A DNA stretch of 64,000 nucleotides from Felis catus (GCF_018350175.1 NC_058368.1:97466001-97530000), one strand, 5' to 3'; positions 49,612 to 61,544 are shown, counted from the stretch's first letter. Notes: generated from the sequence alone by a model not told the origin. Numbers and translations: made by a program.

Positions 49612-51018
49612 TGGCACAAAAACAGACACTCAGATCAATGGAACACAATAGAGAACCCAGAAGTGGACCCACAAATGTATGGCCAACTAATCTTTGACAA
49701 AGCAGGAAAGAATATCCAGTGGAATAAAGACAGTCTCTTTAGCAAGCAGTGCTGGGAAAACTGGACAACGACATGCAGAAGAATGAACCTGGACCACTTT
49801 CTTACACCATACACAAAAACAAACTCAAAATGGGTGAAAGACCTAAATGTTAGACAGGAAGCCGTCAAAATCCTGGAGGAGAAAGCAGGCAAAAACCTCT
49901 TTGACCTTGGCCGCAGCAACTTCTTACTCAACACGTCTCCGGTGGCAAGGGAAACAAAAGCAAACATGAACTCTTGGGACCTCATCCAAATAAAAAACTT
50001 CTGTACAGTGAAGGCAACAATCAGAAAAACTAAAAGGCAATGATGGAATAGGAGAGGATATTTGCAAACAACATATCAGATAAGGGGTTAGTATCCAAAA
50101 TCTGTAAAGAACTTGTCAAACTCAAAACCCAAAAAACAAATAACCCAGTGAAGAAATGGGCAAAAGACATGAATAGACACTTGTGCAAAGAAGACTTCCA
50201 GGTGGCCAACTGACACATGAAAAAATGCTCCACATCACTCATCATCAGGGAAATACAGATCAAAACCACAATGAGATACCACCTGACACCTGTCAGGATG
50301 GCTAACATTAACAACTCAGGCAACAACAGATGTTGACAAGGATGCCGAGAGAGAGAATCTCTTCTGCACTGCTGGTGGGAATTTAAACTGGTGCAGCCAG
50401 TCTGGAAAACAGTATGGAAGTTTCTCAGAAAATTAAAACTAGAACTACCCTACGACCCAGCAATTGCACTACTAGGTATTTATCCAAGGCAACAGGTATG
50501 CTGTTTCGAAGGGACACATGCACCGCAATGGTTATAGCAGCACTATCCACAATAGCCAAAGTAGGGAAGGAGCCCACATATCCATCGATGGATGAATGGA
50601 TGAAGAAGATGTGGTATATATATATACAACAGAGTATTACTCAGTGATCAAAAAGAATGAAATCTTGCCATTTGCAACTATGTGAATGGCACTAGAGGGT
50701 ATTATGTCAGACGATATTAGAGAAAGACAAATAAGACTTCACTCATATGAGGACTTTAAGATACAAAACACATGAACATAAGGGAAAGGAAGCAAAAATA
50801 ATATAAAAACAGGGAGGGGACAAAAACATAAGATGCTTAAATATGGAGAACAAACAGAGGGTTATTGGAAGGGTTGTGGAAGGGGGGATGGGCTAAGTGG
50901 GTAAGGGGCATTAAGGAATCTACTCCTGAAATCATTGTTGTACCATATGCTAACTAACTTGGATGTAAATTTAAAAAGAAATTAAATAAAAGTGAAAAAT
51001 AAAAATAAAATGAAAAAA
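49612..51018 (+). mobile_element. 1.4-kb 5'-truncated carnivore L1 (ORF2 3' part and 3'UTR), decayed
   Basis: ORF 49663..50043 (YGQLIFDKAGKNIQWNKDSLFSKQCWENW) is L1 ORF2; frameshifts and stops; 3'UTR differs from the 19980 copy; A-tail. Confidence 0.94.
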
Positions 51019-51137
51019 ATGTGGTGTTTATGATTTTTCTCTTTATAGCCTAAGTTTCACTCTAATTTAGCTAGACTTTTAAAACATATTGTTTGACACT
51101 TAGGTATCTTTCCTTAGTGCTTTGAAATTCTCTTTCT

Positions 51138-51410
51138 TTTTTTTTTTTTTTTTTTGATTTTTATTTAAATTCCAGTTAGTTAACAAACAGTGTAATATTA
51201 GTTTCAGGTGTACAATATAGTGATTCAGCACTTCTGTACATCATCTGGTGTTCATCCTGCCAAGTGCACTCCTTAATCCCCATTACCTATTACCTATTAC
51301 CATCCCCTCCCCCACTCTAGTAAGCATCACTTCCTTCCCTCTGGTTACGAGTTTGTTTCTTGGTTTGCATCTTCTTTTTCTCCTATGATCCTTTGTTTTG
51401 TTTCATTTCT
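51138..51410 (-). mobile_element. Carnivore L1 3' end fragment
   Basis: T-tail, ttagtttcaggtgtacaatatagtgattc..aagtgcactccttaatcccc. Confidence 0.8.
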
Positions 51411-51974
51411 TTAAATATTTTGTCTTTTCTTTGTTCCTTATTAGACAGGTATTGGAACATAGAGGTTTCTTTTATTTTTGTTTTAGCTTTCATTTTATTC
51501 ATTTTTCCTTCATTTCAGGAGAAATCCTAGCTTCGTTTTCCAGACACTAACTCATTCTTCAGCAATGTCTTTTTATTTAGCCTATCTGAGTTTGTGATTT
51601 AGAAATTCTGTTTTTCATTTTTAAGATCTCCTTGTTGATTTTAATAGCCAGTTTTATTTTTATAACTTACAGTCTTTATTTCTTAATTGTTTTAACCTCT
51701 CTGAGTATAAAGCACATTCTGTAATGTTCTGGTATATCTGCTTCCTTAGGTGCAGGTCATTCACAGAGTTTGTTGTTTCTTACATGTTGTTACTCTTCCT
51801 TTGTGTTGATTTTTGATTATTTTATGTCCTTGAATTCTCTCATGAGAGTCTAAACTTACTACTCTGCTTATGTATTCTCAAGATAGCTTCAACTTGATAT
51901 CTTTGGCCTTCGTCCTCCAAGAGTTCATTTTCTTGTCATTGAGTGTGGCTTTAGTTTCATCAGTATATGTTTAA

Positions 51975-52180
51975 TTTTTTTTTAATGTTGATTTTTGAGA
52001 GAGGGAGAGACAGAGCATGAGTGGGGGAGGGGCAGAGAGAGAGGGAGACAGAATCTGAAGCAGGCTCCAGGCTCTGAGCTGTCAGCACAGAGCCCAATGT
52101 GGGGCTCAAACTCAAAAACCTTGAGATTATGACCTGAGCCAAAGTCGGATGCTTAACCAACTGAGCCACCCAGGCGCCCC
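51975..52180 (-). mobile_element. Can-SINE
   Basis: Canonical reverse body ending ccacccaggcgcccc. Confidence 0.92.
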
Positions 52181-52864
52181 TCTGTTTACTTAGTTTTAAG
52201 CTTAAAGTGCCTTTTACTTGGAGAAACTTATCCTGACTTCCCAAATTGTGTGCCATGTTACTCTGTTTTGCTTTTATAGCCCTGTATGCGTAGATTTTGT
52301 CTTTAAAAGCAATATAATAAAATGATTTGTGTCTGATACCTCCAGCTGACTGTAAATTTCATGGAGACAGAAACCACATTTTTAATTATATCCCTGGTAC
52401 CTGGTGCATATACCTGATGTAACCTATCCTGATGTAGGGCTGACTAGCCATTAAATATCACACTGAACCTACACTGACTTTCTTTTCAACTAGATAATCT
52501 TGTTTTGAAATTTGATTGAATAGTTGGTAGTTTGTGGTCAATAGGAATTTAGTTTTCTCATTTGTATGTATTCTGTGTCTTTCACTAAATACTTAAAACA
52601 TGACATGTGTTTTAATTTAGAAAATTTGCACGTTTACACTCAAAGGATACTTGGTTTTAACATAACACTAGACTATAGATAACAGTACTTAGATCAGTAA
52701 TAACAGTATAACTAATAAATTTATATTTAAGATACCCTAGAAGTTAGATCTAAAATATGGAAATAATACATATGAAATTCATTTTAGATCATTGTATGTT
52801 ATGTTTACTGTTTTATTATATTGTTATTGTAAATTATTCTTATTTAAATGTTTTCTTCCCGTAG

Positions 52865-52992
52865 TTCATTTCAAACAAATCAGTTTACTGGAATGATGTA
52901 TCAGACAGTATTGCTTCCCCATCGACATTCTTTGAAAACAGGAAGCTTAGACGAAGCAGTAACTCCTAATACAGCACCAGCACAATGGCCAG
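52865..52992 (+). CDS. DMXL1: DMXL1 exon 27 (128 nt, phase 2->1)
   Basis: ccgtag|T TCA TTT; SFQTNQFTGMMYQTVLLPHRHSLKTGSLDEAVTPNTAPAQWP; G|gtacaa. Confidence 0.94.
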
Positions 52993-53517
52993 GTACAAAT
53001 AATTTGTATATATATATATCTTTATATGTAAATAAAATATATAAATAAATATACATATATGAGTTTTTTCTCAGCCTTATTGAATTAGATGAGGAAAAAG
53101 TACATTTGGCATAGTTTTGCTGTATGTTAATAACTGTTAACATAACAGTTAACATTGTTAGAATTGATACCACTTGAGTATTTCCCATTCGTTATAAGTT
53201 ATGTAGTTACTTAACATTGGTATTTCCTTAGCCATTTTACTAAGATAACTCAAATGTATTGTTATCACTTTTTATACTTTTGTTATAATAGGAGATCATT
53301 TGTCATGGCAATTAAATTTTGTCTTTCAGATTTATAGATCTTCATCATTTCTCTAAGTTGAACAGATATCTCAGTGTTTGTGCATTAACTGTAATAACCT
53401 CTACTAGTCTGTGAATCTACAGAAGAAAAACTTTTAATTCTGATGTAATAAAGTTTTTTATAGTTGATTTTTTTTTAATTTATTGTCATTAGTAGCTATG
53501 TTTGTTGTTTGTCCTAG

Positions 53518-53766
53518 GCATAACTTCCCTGATTCGACTTTTGAATTCTTCTGGCGAGGAAGCCCAGTCAGGGCTTACCGTTTTACTCTGTGAGATTCTC
53601 ACAGCAGTGTATCTTAGTCTCTTCATCCATGGCCTGGCGACACATTCTAGTAATGAACTATTTCGGATTGTGGCCCATCCTCTAAATGAAAAAATGTGGT
53701 CTGCTGTGTTTGGTGGAGGTGCGCATGTTCCCAGCAAAGAACAGACACACTCAAAACCTTTACCTG
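53518..53766 (+). CDS. DMXL1: DMXL1 exon 28 (249 nt, phase 1->1)
   Basis: tcctag|GC ATA ACT; ITSLIRLLNSSGEEAQSGLTVLLCEILTAVYLSL...MWSAVFGGGAHVPSKEQTHSKPLP; G|gttagt. Confidence 0.94.
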
Positions 53767-54116
53767 GTTAGTTTTTCATCAGTTTCATTTATTTATTTAT
53801 TTTTAAGACTGGAACTTTATTTATTCATCTGAATGATAACTTTGTCAAGCGTAATGACGTTTTAACTTATTCACACAAAATTCTTATTACAGACCATTTT
53901 CTTAAAGCATGAACAAATAGTTTTATGGTGAAAATGCAGTATGAAGTTTCTGGTGCAGTTTCCAAACTTTACGATACTCATGCACCAGTGATTAGAACTG
54001 TCTAATGTAATTTTCTTAAATCTTTTACTATTGAAATTATCATTTGTTTTGAAATATACTGTAACTGTGGTCTTTGTTCTATCCCAAATACAGATTCTCT
54101 CTTCTTTCTTTGGCAG

Positions 54117-54230
54117 GAAGGCACTTTGCTATGCCTAGCCCCCACCAGGTAGTGGTATTCTCCATGGAATGTGTGGGCTTTACCAAAGCTCTTTCAGCCA
54201 TCAGTTCTCATAGCCCTCCCAGTCTTGCAG
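54117..54230 (+). CDS. DMXL1: Candidate alternative cassette exon '28a' (114 nt, phase 1->1, GC donor)
   Basis: Strong pyrimidine tract ttctctcttctttctttggcag|GA; open in the exon-28 frame (GRHFAMPSPHQVVVFSMECVGFTKALSAISSHSPPSLA); ends CAG|gcaaga; 38 codons, so the frame is preserved. Confidence 0.55.
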
Positions 54231-56664
54231 GCAAGATACTAGCTTTAGAAATAGGCTTTTACAGTTCAGCTTGCTTTGTGTTTTTTTGAAGGGGTTGGGG
54301 TACCTTGGGCCCATTTTATTTTGTTTTGCACTTAACAGTAGAAAATTAAGAAATTTCCTTTATTTAATCAAGCCATATTTTTGATTTAAAACAATGATTA
54401 GCCTTGTAGAAACCACAATCTGCTCTTAAATTGTTTTGATGTTATCTATTCCTTACACTCTTAACATAATTTTAAATGTGTAGAAATAAATGTCAGTGCT
54501 AATCATGGTAAATCAGACTATGGCTTGAAATGACTGGAAAACATTTCAAATTGGCTGCTTTATGTTTTGCATACTATGATTCTGGCCATTAGGGGATTTG
54601 GATTTCTAAGTGTTCATAATACCAGGAAAAGTAAATATTTTAAACAACTGTATTCCTATTTCTAAACTTTCTAATAGTAAAACTCTATATATTGCATCTT
54701 GACCTGAAAAGAATCTTCATAATGCTTTCTACCTTTCTGTTAAGTTTTCTTTTTTTAATTTATTAGCCTGTGTGTGTTAATCTTAGTTTTCAAATTTTAA
54801 CAAATATTTTAATTTTTATAACCTGTTTTCTAATTTTTAAAGAGTAATTTCTCATGCTTTATTTTTTATATGGACAAAAAAAAAAGAAAAAGACTTAACT
54901 TCTCATGAAACTTGCCTGAGAATATATATACTTCAGATATCTGAATTCAGTTAAAGAAAAACCTTCAAAGTCTAAGAGGGGGGTATAAGATAGAGCTCTA
55001 CTGAGATAAGCATTATGCAAAAATGGTTCACTAATTCAGAACTAATTTAATGTGTTCTAAGAGAAAATTACTTAAAACTTTGATCTTATTAATGTGAAAT
55101 GCTAAAAAGGAATAAATTCTAGCTATGGAATGTCCAAATACCTGTAAAAAATTAAAAATATTCTTACCAGTCACTATGTCTCAATTCCGACCAGTTCTTC
55201 TGAGCACAGATGTGTAAAGAACCTTACTCAAAGTCTAACAAGTTCATTGTTTAACCAGGTTTAGTTTTTCGTGTATACAAATACCATTACTTAAATTATC
55301 TTAGAGGTACCATCATAAACTGTATTTCACCAGTCACTGAAGTAAGTAAGTAAATAAGTAAGTAAGGTGACCAAAAATTATCTGCATCTGTATATTTAAT
55401 CCCTTGGATTAGGACTTGGTAGCCAAATAACACAGAATACTTAAAATATGTAGTTCACTTAGTAGTAGGGCTGGATATAGCCTTATCCAGATTATGTGAT
55501 GCTCATCTGTCTTTGAGAACCTAGAAACTCTTCTAAACCAATCATTGATGTAGCTTAGTACTAGAAGAGGTATTTAAAAGTCGCCATTTGTTTTCCTTCT
55601 TCTGGTCTAAATTCTAACTTTAATTTTCTTTGCACTAATGGTGTCATGAACTAACTTCTATTTCTCTGTACAAGTCTTTTATATACTTAATGTACTAATT
55701 CTTTTAGCGACAGAGTTTAAAACTATGACTAAGTTTTGTAATGTGAGAACATGGTAGATGATTTCTATTAGAGTTTAGCTTGGCAGGTCAGAATTCTTAA
55801 CAAAAATGTTATGTAATAAATCAGTAATTTATTTTTTAATCAAATTTAATTTTGCAAATTCCACATCATATGTTAAAGATTCATTTTTTTGTAATTAAAA
55901 CTAGTGTAGATGTATGTTCATGGAGTTTGGAATTTTTTTGTTATGGTTAATTTTTAAAGTAGACAATCAGGTAAGCAATAGCAAATTTCAAAAAATGATT
56001 TTTTTATGCTAACAGTTAGAAATCCATACTTTTGCTTTTTATTGCATATTATAAAGCAAAACTATTTTATTTGAAGAATTTTTATTGTATTTTGTAGTAA
56101 TATTTGCAGTTGTGAGAACTGTGAATTTTTACCTTGATAAAATTTTAGTAATGATTTTTTATGTCTCCAAATTGAGGCATGAAATAAAAAATGAGTATTT
56201 TATTTGTAAGCCTGTTTTTTTTTAACTATGAGACTGCTAATGATGTTTTAGACATTTTAAAGTGTGTTTTTGCGTTTTGATTATTTATGTTAAATACAGA
56301 TCAGAAAATCCAGATGTTTTACTTTTTCCCCCTCCAACTTGTATCAGAAGTTTTGTATTCAGTATTTAGTGATTGATTATACATGTCATTGCTATCCTTC
56401 CTTTAGCAAAATATACAAAATAGCAGCATTTCTTGACCAGAAAAGGTAAGACTTGAGCATTTTAAAATAGAAAACAGCTATTTAAAATATAGGTGAATAT
56501 GCCAAATCCTTTTAATTGACTGTTTAAAAGTAGTACCATAGGACAGTTACCTCTAGATTTTTTATTATATAACCCTAGTGACAAAACATGCTTAACTAAG
56601 TCCTGCTTGGTTATGCTTAACAACAGTGTGTGTACTTACTTATTTAAAATACATGTACTCTTTT

Positions 56665-56891
56665 GGGGCACCTGGGTGGCTCAGTCGGTTGAGTGTCCGA
56701 CTTCGGCTCAGGTCATAATCTCACAGTTAATGGGATCGAGCCCCGCATCAGGCTCTGTGCTGACCGCTTGCTCAGAGCCTGGAGCCTGCTTCAGATTCTG
56801 TGTCTCCTACTCTCTCTGCCCCTCCCCCATTCACGCTTTGTCTCACTCTGTTTCTCAAAAAAAAAATAAATGTAAAAAAAATTTTTTTAAA
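56665..56891 (+). mobile_element. Can-SINE
   Basis: Canonical body; 20-bp TSD TAAAATACATGTACTCTTTT at 56645-56664 and 56892-56911. Confidence 0.93.
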
Positions 56892-56929
56892 TAAAATACA
56901 TGTACTCTTTTTGATCCAGATATTAAACA

Positions 56930-57130
56930 AATTTTGTTTTCTTCTTCCCCTTACCACTTAGCTCCCGTGTCTGCTCCCCTTTTCACCCCTCCTTTTTTTT
57001 TCTTTCCCCTAATACTTCTGCTTTCCCTCAGCCTCCTTCTCACTCTTCTTCTCCACTCTCCCTCTACTCCTTTCTTCTTTTGCTTCTCTTCTTACCCTGT
57101 TTCTCTCCTCTTCCTTTTTTCCCACCTCTA
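56930..57130 (+). repeat. CT-rich low-complexity (polypyrimidine) tract
   Basis: About 200 nt dominated by C/T. Confidence 0.75.
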
Positions 57131-57289
57131 CTCATTTAAAAAACTCAATGTAAGTAGTGGATTTACTTACTACTTACTTAGATTTTATTTCCATATTCCA
57201 TTGAATCACTTTCAACACCAACCACCTTGGCGACTACTCGCCCTGTGATTTGGAGATAGATCACTACTTTCTACTAAGGTAGTTGTTTC

Positions 57290-57511
57290 TTTTTTTTTTT
57301 TTTTTAAATGTTTATTTATTTTAAAGAGAGAGACAGAGACAGAGTGTGAGCAGGGGAGGGGCAGAAAGAGAGGTAGACATAGAATCCGAAGCAGGCTCCA
57401 GGCTCTGAGCTGTCAGCACAGACCCCAACACAGGGCTCGAACTCACGAATCATGAGATCATGACCTGAGCCAAAGTAGGATGCATAACCAACTGAGCCAC
57501 CCAGGTGCCCC
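57290..57511 (-). mobile_element. Can-SINE
   Basis: T-tail, (GA)n, ends ccacccaggtgcccc. Confidence 0.92.
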
Positions 57512-58544
57512 ATTCATTGTTTTCTTTTTATAGATGCTTATGAAGCAGATGCAAGGTAATGATCTGAGGAAGACCTTGAGAGTCAGTCTTTCTAAAATAT
57601 GGAAAATACCACCTGTCAGATATTTTTTTAGCATTAATTTTTTTTCTTTGAGGATTAAGAAGTACCTTAAATTTACTACTCTTTTAATCTCCTGTTCTGG
57701 TCTTTTTCTTTTAAGAATCTTTGAAGTTTACCTGTAAAATCAAGTTTTACATATAATTTTCAGAATATTTGATTTGTGTTGGCATATGTTTGTACTTCTC
57801 AAACTTTTTGCCTAAAGTGGATGCTAAAGGAGAGTGAATACATATCTCTTAGGAGATCTCTTCCACTGAATTATCTTGCCAAAAGTAACAAATAGATTTG
57901 AAATCTATTTTATCTTGAACGTACATGACTTTTATCTTCTACATATCTTTGTTTCTTTCCACTGAAATGTTTTAAGTCATTATTTAAGTTACTTACCTTC
58001 ATCCTCCCACCCCTTAAACTTTGGAGCTAAATTTGAGGGTCCAGGACCTTCAAGCCTCCTGAAGCTTCGTTGCACTCTCTGGCACACTCATGAATAGTCT
58101 CATGGATAAGGTTGCCTTAGATTGAGGAGCAAGGAATGAGATCGTTCCTGCTGGTTACTTTGAGGTCAGGTTTTAAAGAAATAACATTTGAGTCTAGGTT
58201 TAGAATATTAATTTTGTGTCTGATAAACAAACAAAAAAAGTTAATCTTATTAGCTGCCTTCTGTTTTGATTTTAATCAAAGCAATATACGTGCATGGTAG
58301 CAAATCTAGTAGTCCAGAAGAATTTGTGAAAAAAAGCAACGTTGTCTTTCTTACTTCTCTGTACCTCCTAGGTCCATTCTTCAACTGTAACTTCTTTAGC
58401 CATTTCTCCAGTTCTGTTGTGAATTCTTTTGGGAGTCATTTCCATATTCCAAGAAAACCCCTGCGGAGTGAGGATAGGGGTTCTTAAGAGGGAAGGAAAA
58501 TATATTTGCATGCTCAATCTGCTATCTTGACTTTAAAAGTATTT

Positions 58545-59145
58545 TTTCTTTCAAGATTTTATTTAAATTCAAATTAGTTAACATATAGCGTAATATTAGC
58601 TTCAGGGGTAGAATTTAGTGATTCATCGCTTGAATATAATACCCAGTACCCATCACAACAAGTGCCCTTTTCATTGCCCATCACCCATTTATCCCATCCT
58701 CCCCGCCCACCTCCCCTCCAGCAACACTTAGCTGTTCCCTATAGTTATTAGGCTCTTAGGGTTTGCCTCCCTGTTTTTACCTTATATTATTTTTCCTTCC
58801 TTTCCTCTATGTTCATCTTTTTGTTTCCTAAATTCCTCTTATGAGTGAAATCATATGGTATTTATCTTTTTCTGACTGAACTAAGCATTTGCTTAGCATA
58901 ATACACTCTAGCTCCATCCATGATACTGCAAATAGCAAGATTTCATTCTTTTTGATGGCAGAGTAATATTCCGGTGTGTGTGTGTGTGTGTGTGTCGCAC
59001 GCACGCGCGCACACATGTACACACCATATTATCGTTACCCATTCATCAGTTGATGAACATTTAGGCTCTTTCCATACTTTGGCTATTGTGAATAGTGCTG
59101 TTCTGAACATTGGGGTTCATGTGCTCCTTTGAATCACCATTGTTA
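58545..59145 (-). mobile_element. Carnivore L1 3' end (ORF2 tail and UTR) with internal (GT)n microsatellite
   Basis: ORF 58828..59022 contains EYYSAIKKNEILLFAVSWMELECIMLS (L1 ORF2 tail). Confidence 0.88.
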
Positions 59146-61002
59146 TACTTTTAAAACGTACTGTCTGTGAATCCAAAACAGCTAAGAAATATATTTTAAA
59201 AATTTATGTTAGTGAATGAACGGTAGTTTTTCCTTACCCACTTTCTAGCCTCTTTGTATTTCTTATAATTCATAAACTCCATACCCAACTTCGTTTTCAA
59301 TTCTCTCTAATACTGTTTTTTGTTGTTGTTTTTTTCTTCTGTTACTGGTAAAGTATCCATTTACTCTCTCGGTAATAGAATAGTAGAGTCAGTTTTTATC
59401 CAAGGAGTGGCAGAGATCCTTGATATTTATTAGCATTTTCAAAAGTAAGCAGCCGAGCACTCAGCCACTATAGGTAGTCTCTCTTGGTACTTCACGACTA
59501 CTCTAACCCCGTGTGATTAAGCATAAAGTTGCCTTAGGTCTTGCTGTAATTGAAGGGAAAGGAAGGAGCATCTACACTAAGAACCAGCTACGAGTTATTT
59601 CTTGTTTGCTGGGAGGCACTGCTCAGGTCCTTTTGTATTTATAGCATTTGAAATAACATAACATTCAGTACTGTGAATTTGTTTGCCATTTTTTTTTTCT
59701 GTCCTTGTTCATCAAAAATATTTTAAGAAGTAGTTTTATACTTCTGGCATTGAGTCTGTAACTTTAAACATTTACCCCCAGTGTGTGGTGACTTTCTCAT
59801 TTTCATGTCAGTATCTGGGCTCCCCAGGCAGTACTTCCAAAGTTTTTCCTTTCTAAAAATCTTCTTAGGTTTTGTTTTAAAAACTCTGATTTTTTTAATC
59901 CCGTGGCCATCTTGGCAAAAATGTGTTCATTTAGCATTGTTTGTAAGTTTTATTTTTCTGGAGATCCTTTACGCTTCTATGTTTATATGCCTTCTGATCT
60001 AAAAACAAAATTAAAAGCCAAATACTAATGTTAAAGTCAAATGATAAATTTCTTTTAAACCACAGCATTAATTTTTTGGAAGGTAAAGAATACTTTTATA
60101 TTCTAAATTTTTTACTTGATCAGAATTTGGTAGAACCACTGTTGAAGCTTTAGAATATACATAAATGTATGCAACAGATATATTAGAAGAATGATCATTG
60201 AATATCAATTGCTTATAAAAACAAAAAAATGACACATTTTAATCTGATGGTTCGTTTTAAAATCATTTGAAAGGTTATGTAATAATCATAGCACTTTTTT
60301 AGCAATCGTTTGGAATTTTATTCATTTTAGTTTCCTTTTCTCTGAAATAATGAAATTAGTCTGTTAAACTCAGCTTGGCTGTAGCTTGATGTGATGCATG
60401 AGCATGCTGTTTATGCAAGCTGAGTAGCTTCCAACAATAAAACAAAATTGTATTACAGAACAAATATTTGCATTCCTTTGGGAGGTAAGTAAATTCTCAC
60501 TGAAACCACTGAAGGAGAATATTGGGGTGTGCCTGATTGTGGAGTTGTTTGCCTGTTGATTAGACCTGTGCTTCTCTCTGGGAGATCCTGGGTTCTCTAC
60601 TGGTGATTTGCATCTCGTGACTGACTTAGTATTTGTCAAAGATTTGTGTAACTTGTTTTTCTTTACTAAGGCCCTTAATACTCTAAAGCAAAATACTAAA
60701 AGAATACTGTTAAATGTTTAGAAGTTAAAACAACAGAGATTGCATTTTCTCCCTCGTATTTGTTATTGCACTGGCCAGAAAATTCCATATGTAACCCATT
60801 TCCAGAAGTCTGAGTCAACTTAATTAAGTTCTTACATATTTGAATTTTTTTAATATTTTCAGTGAAAACATATAGTTTTGTATGGAGATAAAAGGCCAAG
60901 GGATTACTAAAGAACCTCCTAAGTGAATTTTTGCTTTCAATTAACATTGACATTCCATGATATTCTTGGTCTTCCATGGTATTCTTAAACACAAAGTAGA
61001 GG

Positions 61003-61216
61003 GGGGCGCCTGGGTGGCGCAGTCGGTTAAGCGTCCGACCTCAGCCAGGTCACGATCTCGCGGTCTGTGAGTTCGAGCCCCGCGTCGGGCTCTGGGCTGA
61101 TGGCTCGGAGCCTGGAGCCTGTTTCTGATTCTGTGTCTCCCTCTCTCTGCCCCTCCCCCGTTCATGCTCTGTCTCTCTCTGTCCCAAAAATAAATAAACA
61201 TTGAAAAAAAAAATTT
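61003..61216 (+). mobile_element. Can-SINE, young subfamily
   Basis: CpG-rich body; exact TSD TTAAACACAAAGTAGAGG. Confidence 0.94.
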
Positions 61217-61544
61217 TTAAACACAAAGTAGAGGGATATAGATAATTTTCTTTCATGATCTTAGTTCCATTGTGGACTCATTTATAAGTGGATATTATAT
61301 CCTATTACCCACATATGCAATAGAAAAGTTAACATTCAGAGAATGAGAGATAAGTTGAGATAAAAGCAAAGATTGCTGTTGATGGTGATTTTTGTCTCAC
61401 TTCTATTTTATTACCTTACTATTATAATAATTCACTTTTGTGTGTGTGCTTATTTGTAACCTTAAATCTTATATAAAGATAGATGAAGTTAGTACACTGG
61501 AAATAGTGCTTACTTGAATAATACTTTATTTTTCTTTTTATTAG

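Noticed and set aside
55694..55790. ACTAAT..cttttag| acceptor at 55707 as an exon start
   Set aside because: The pyrimidine tract is very short and no convincing frame-compatible donor follows. I kept it only as part of the ACUAAY cluster.
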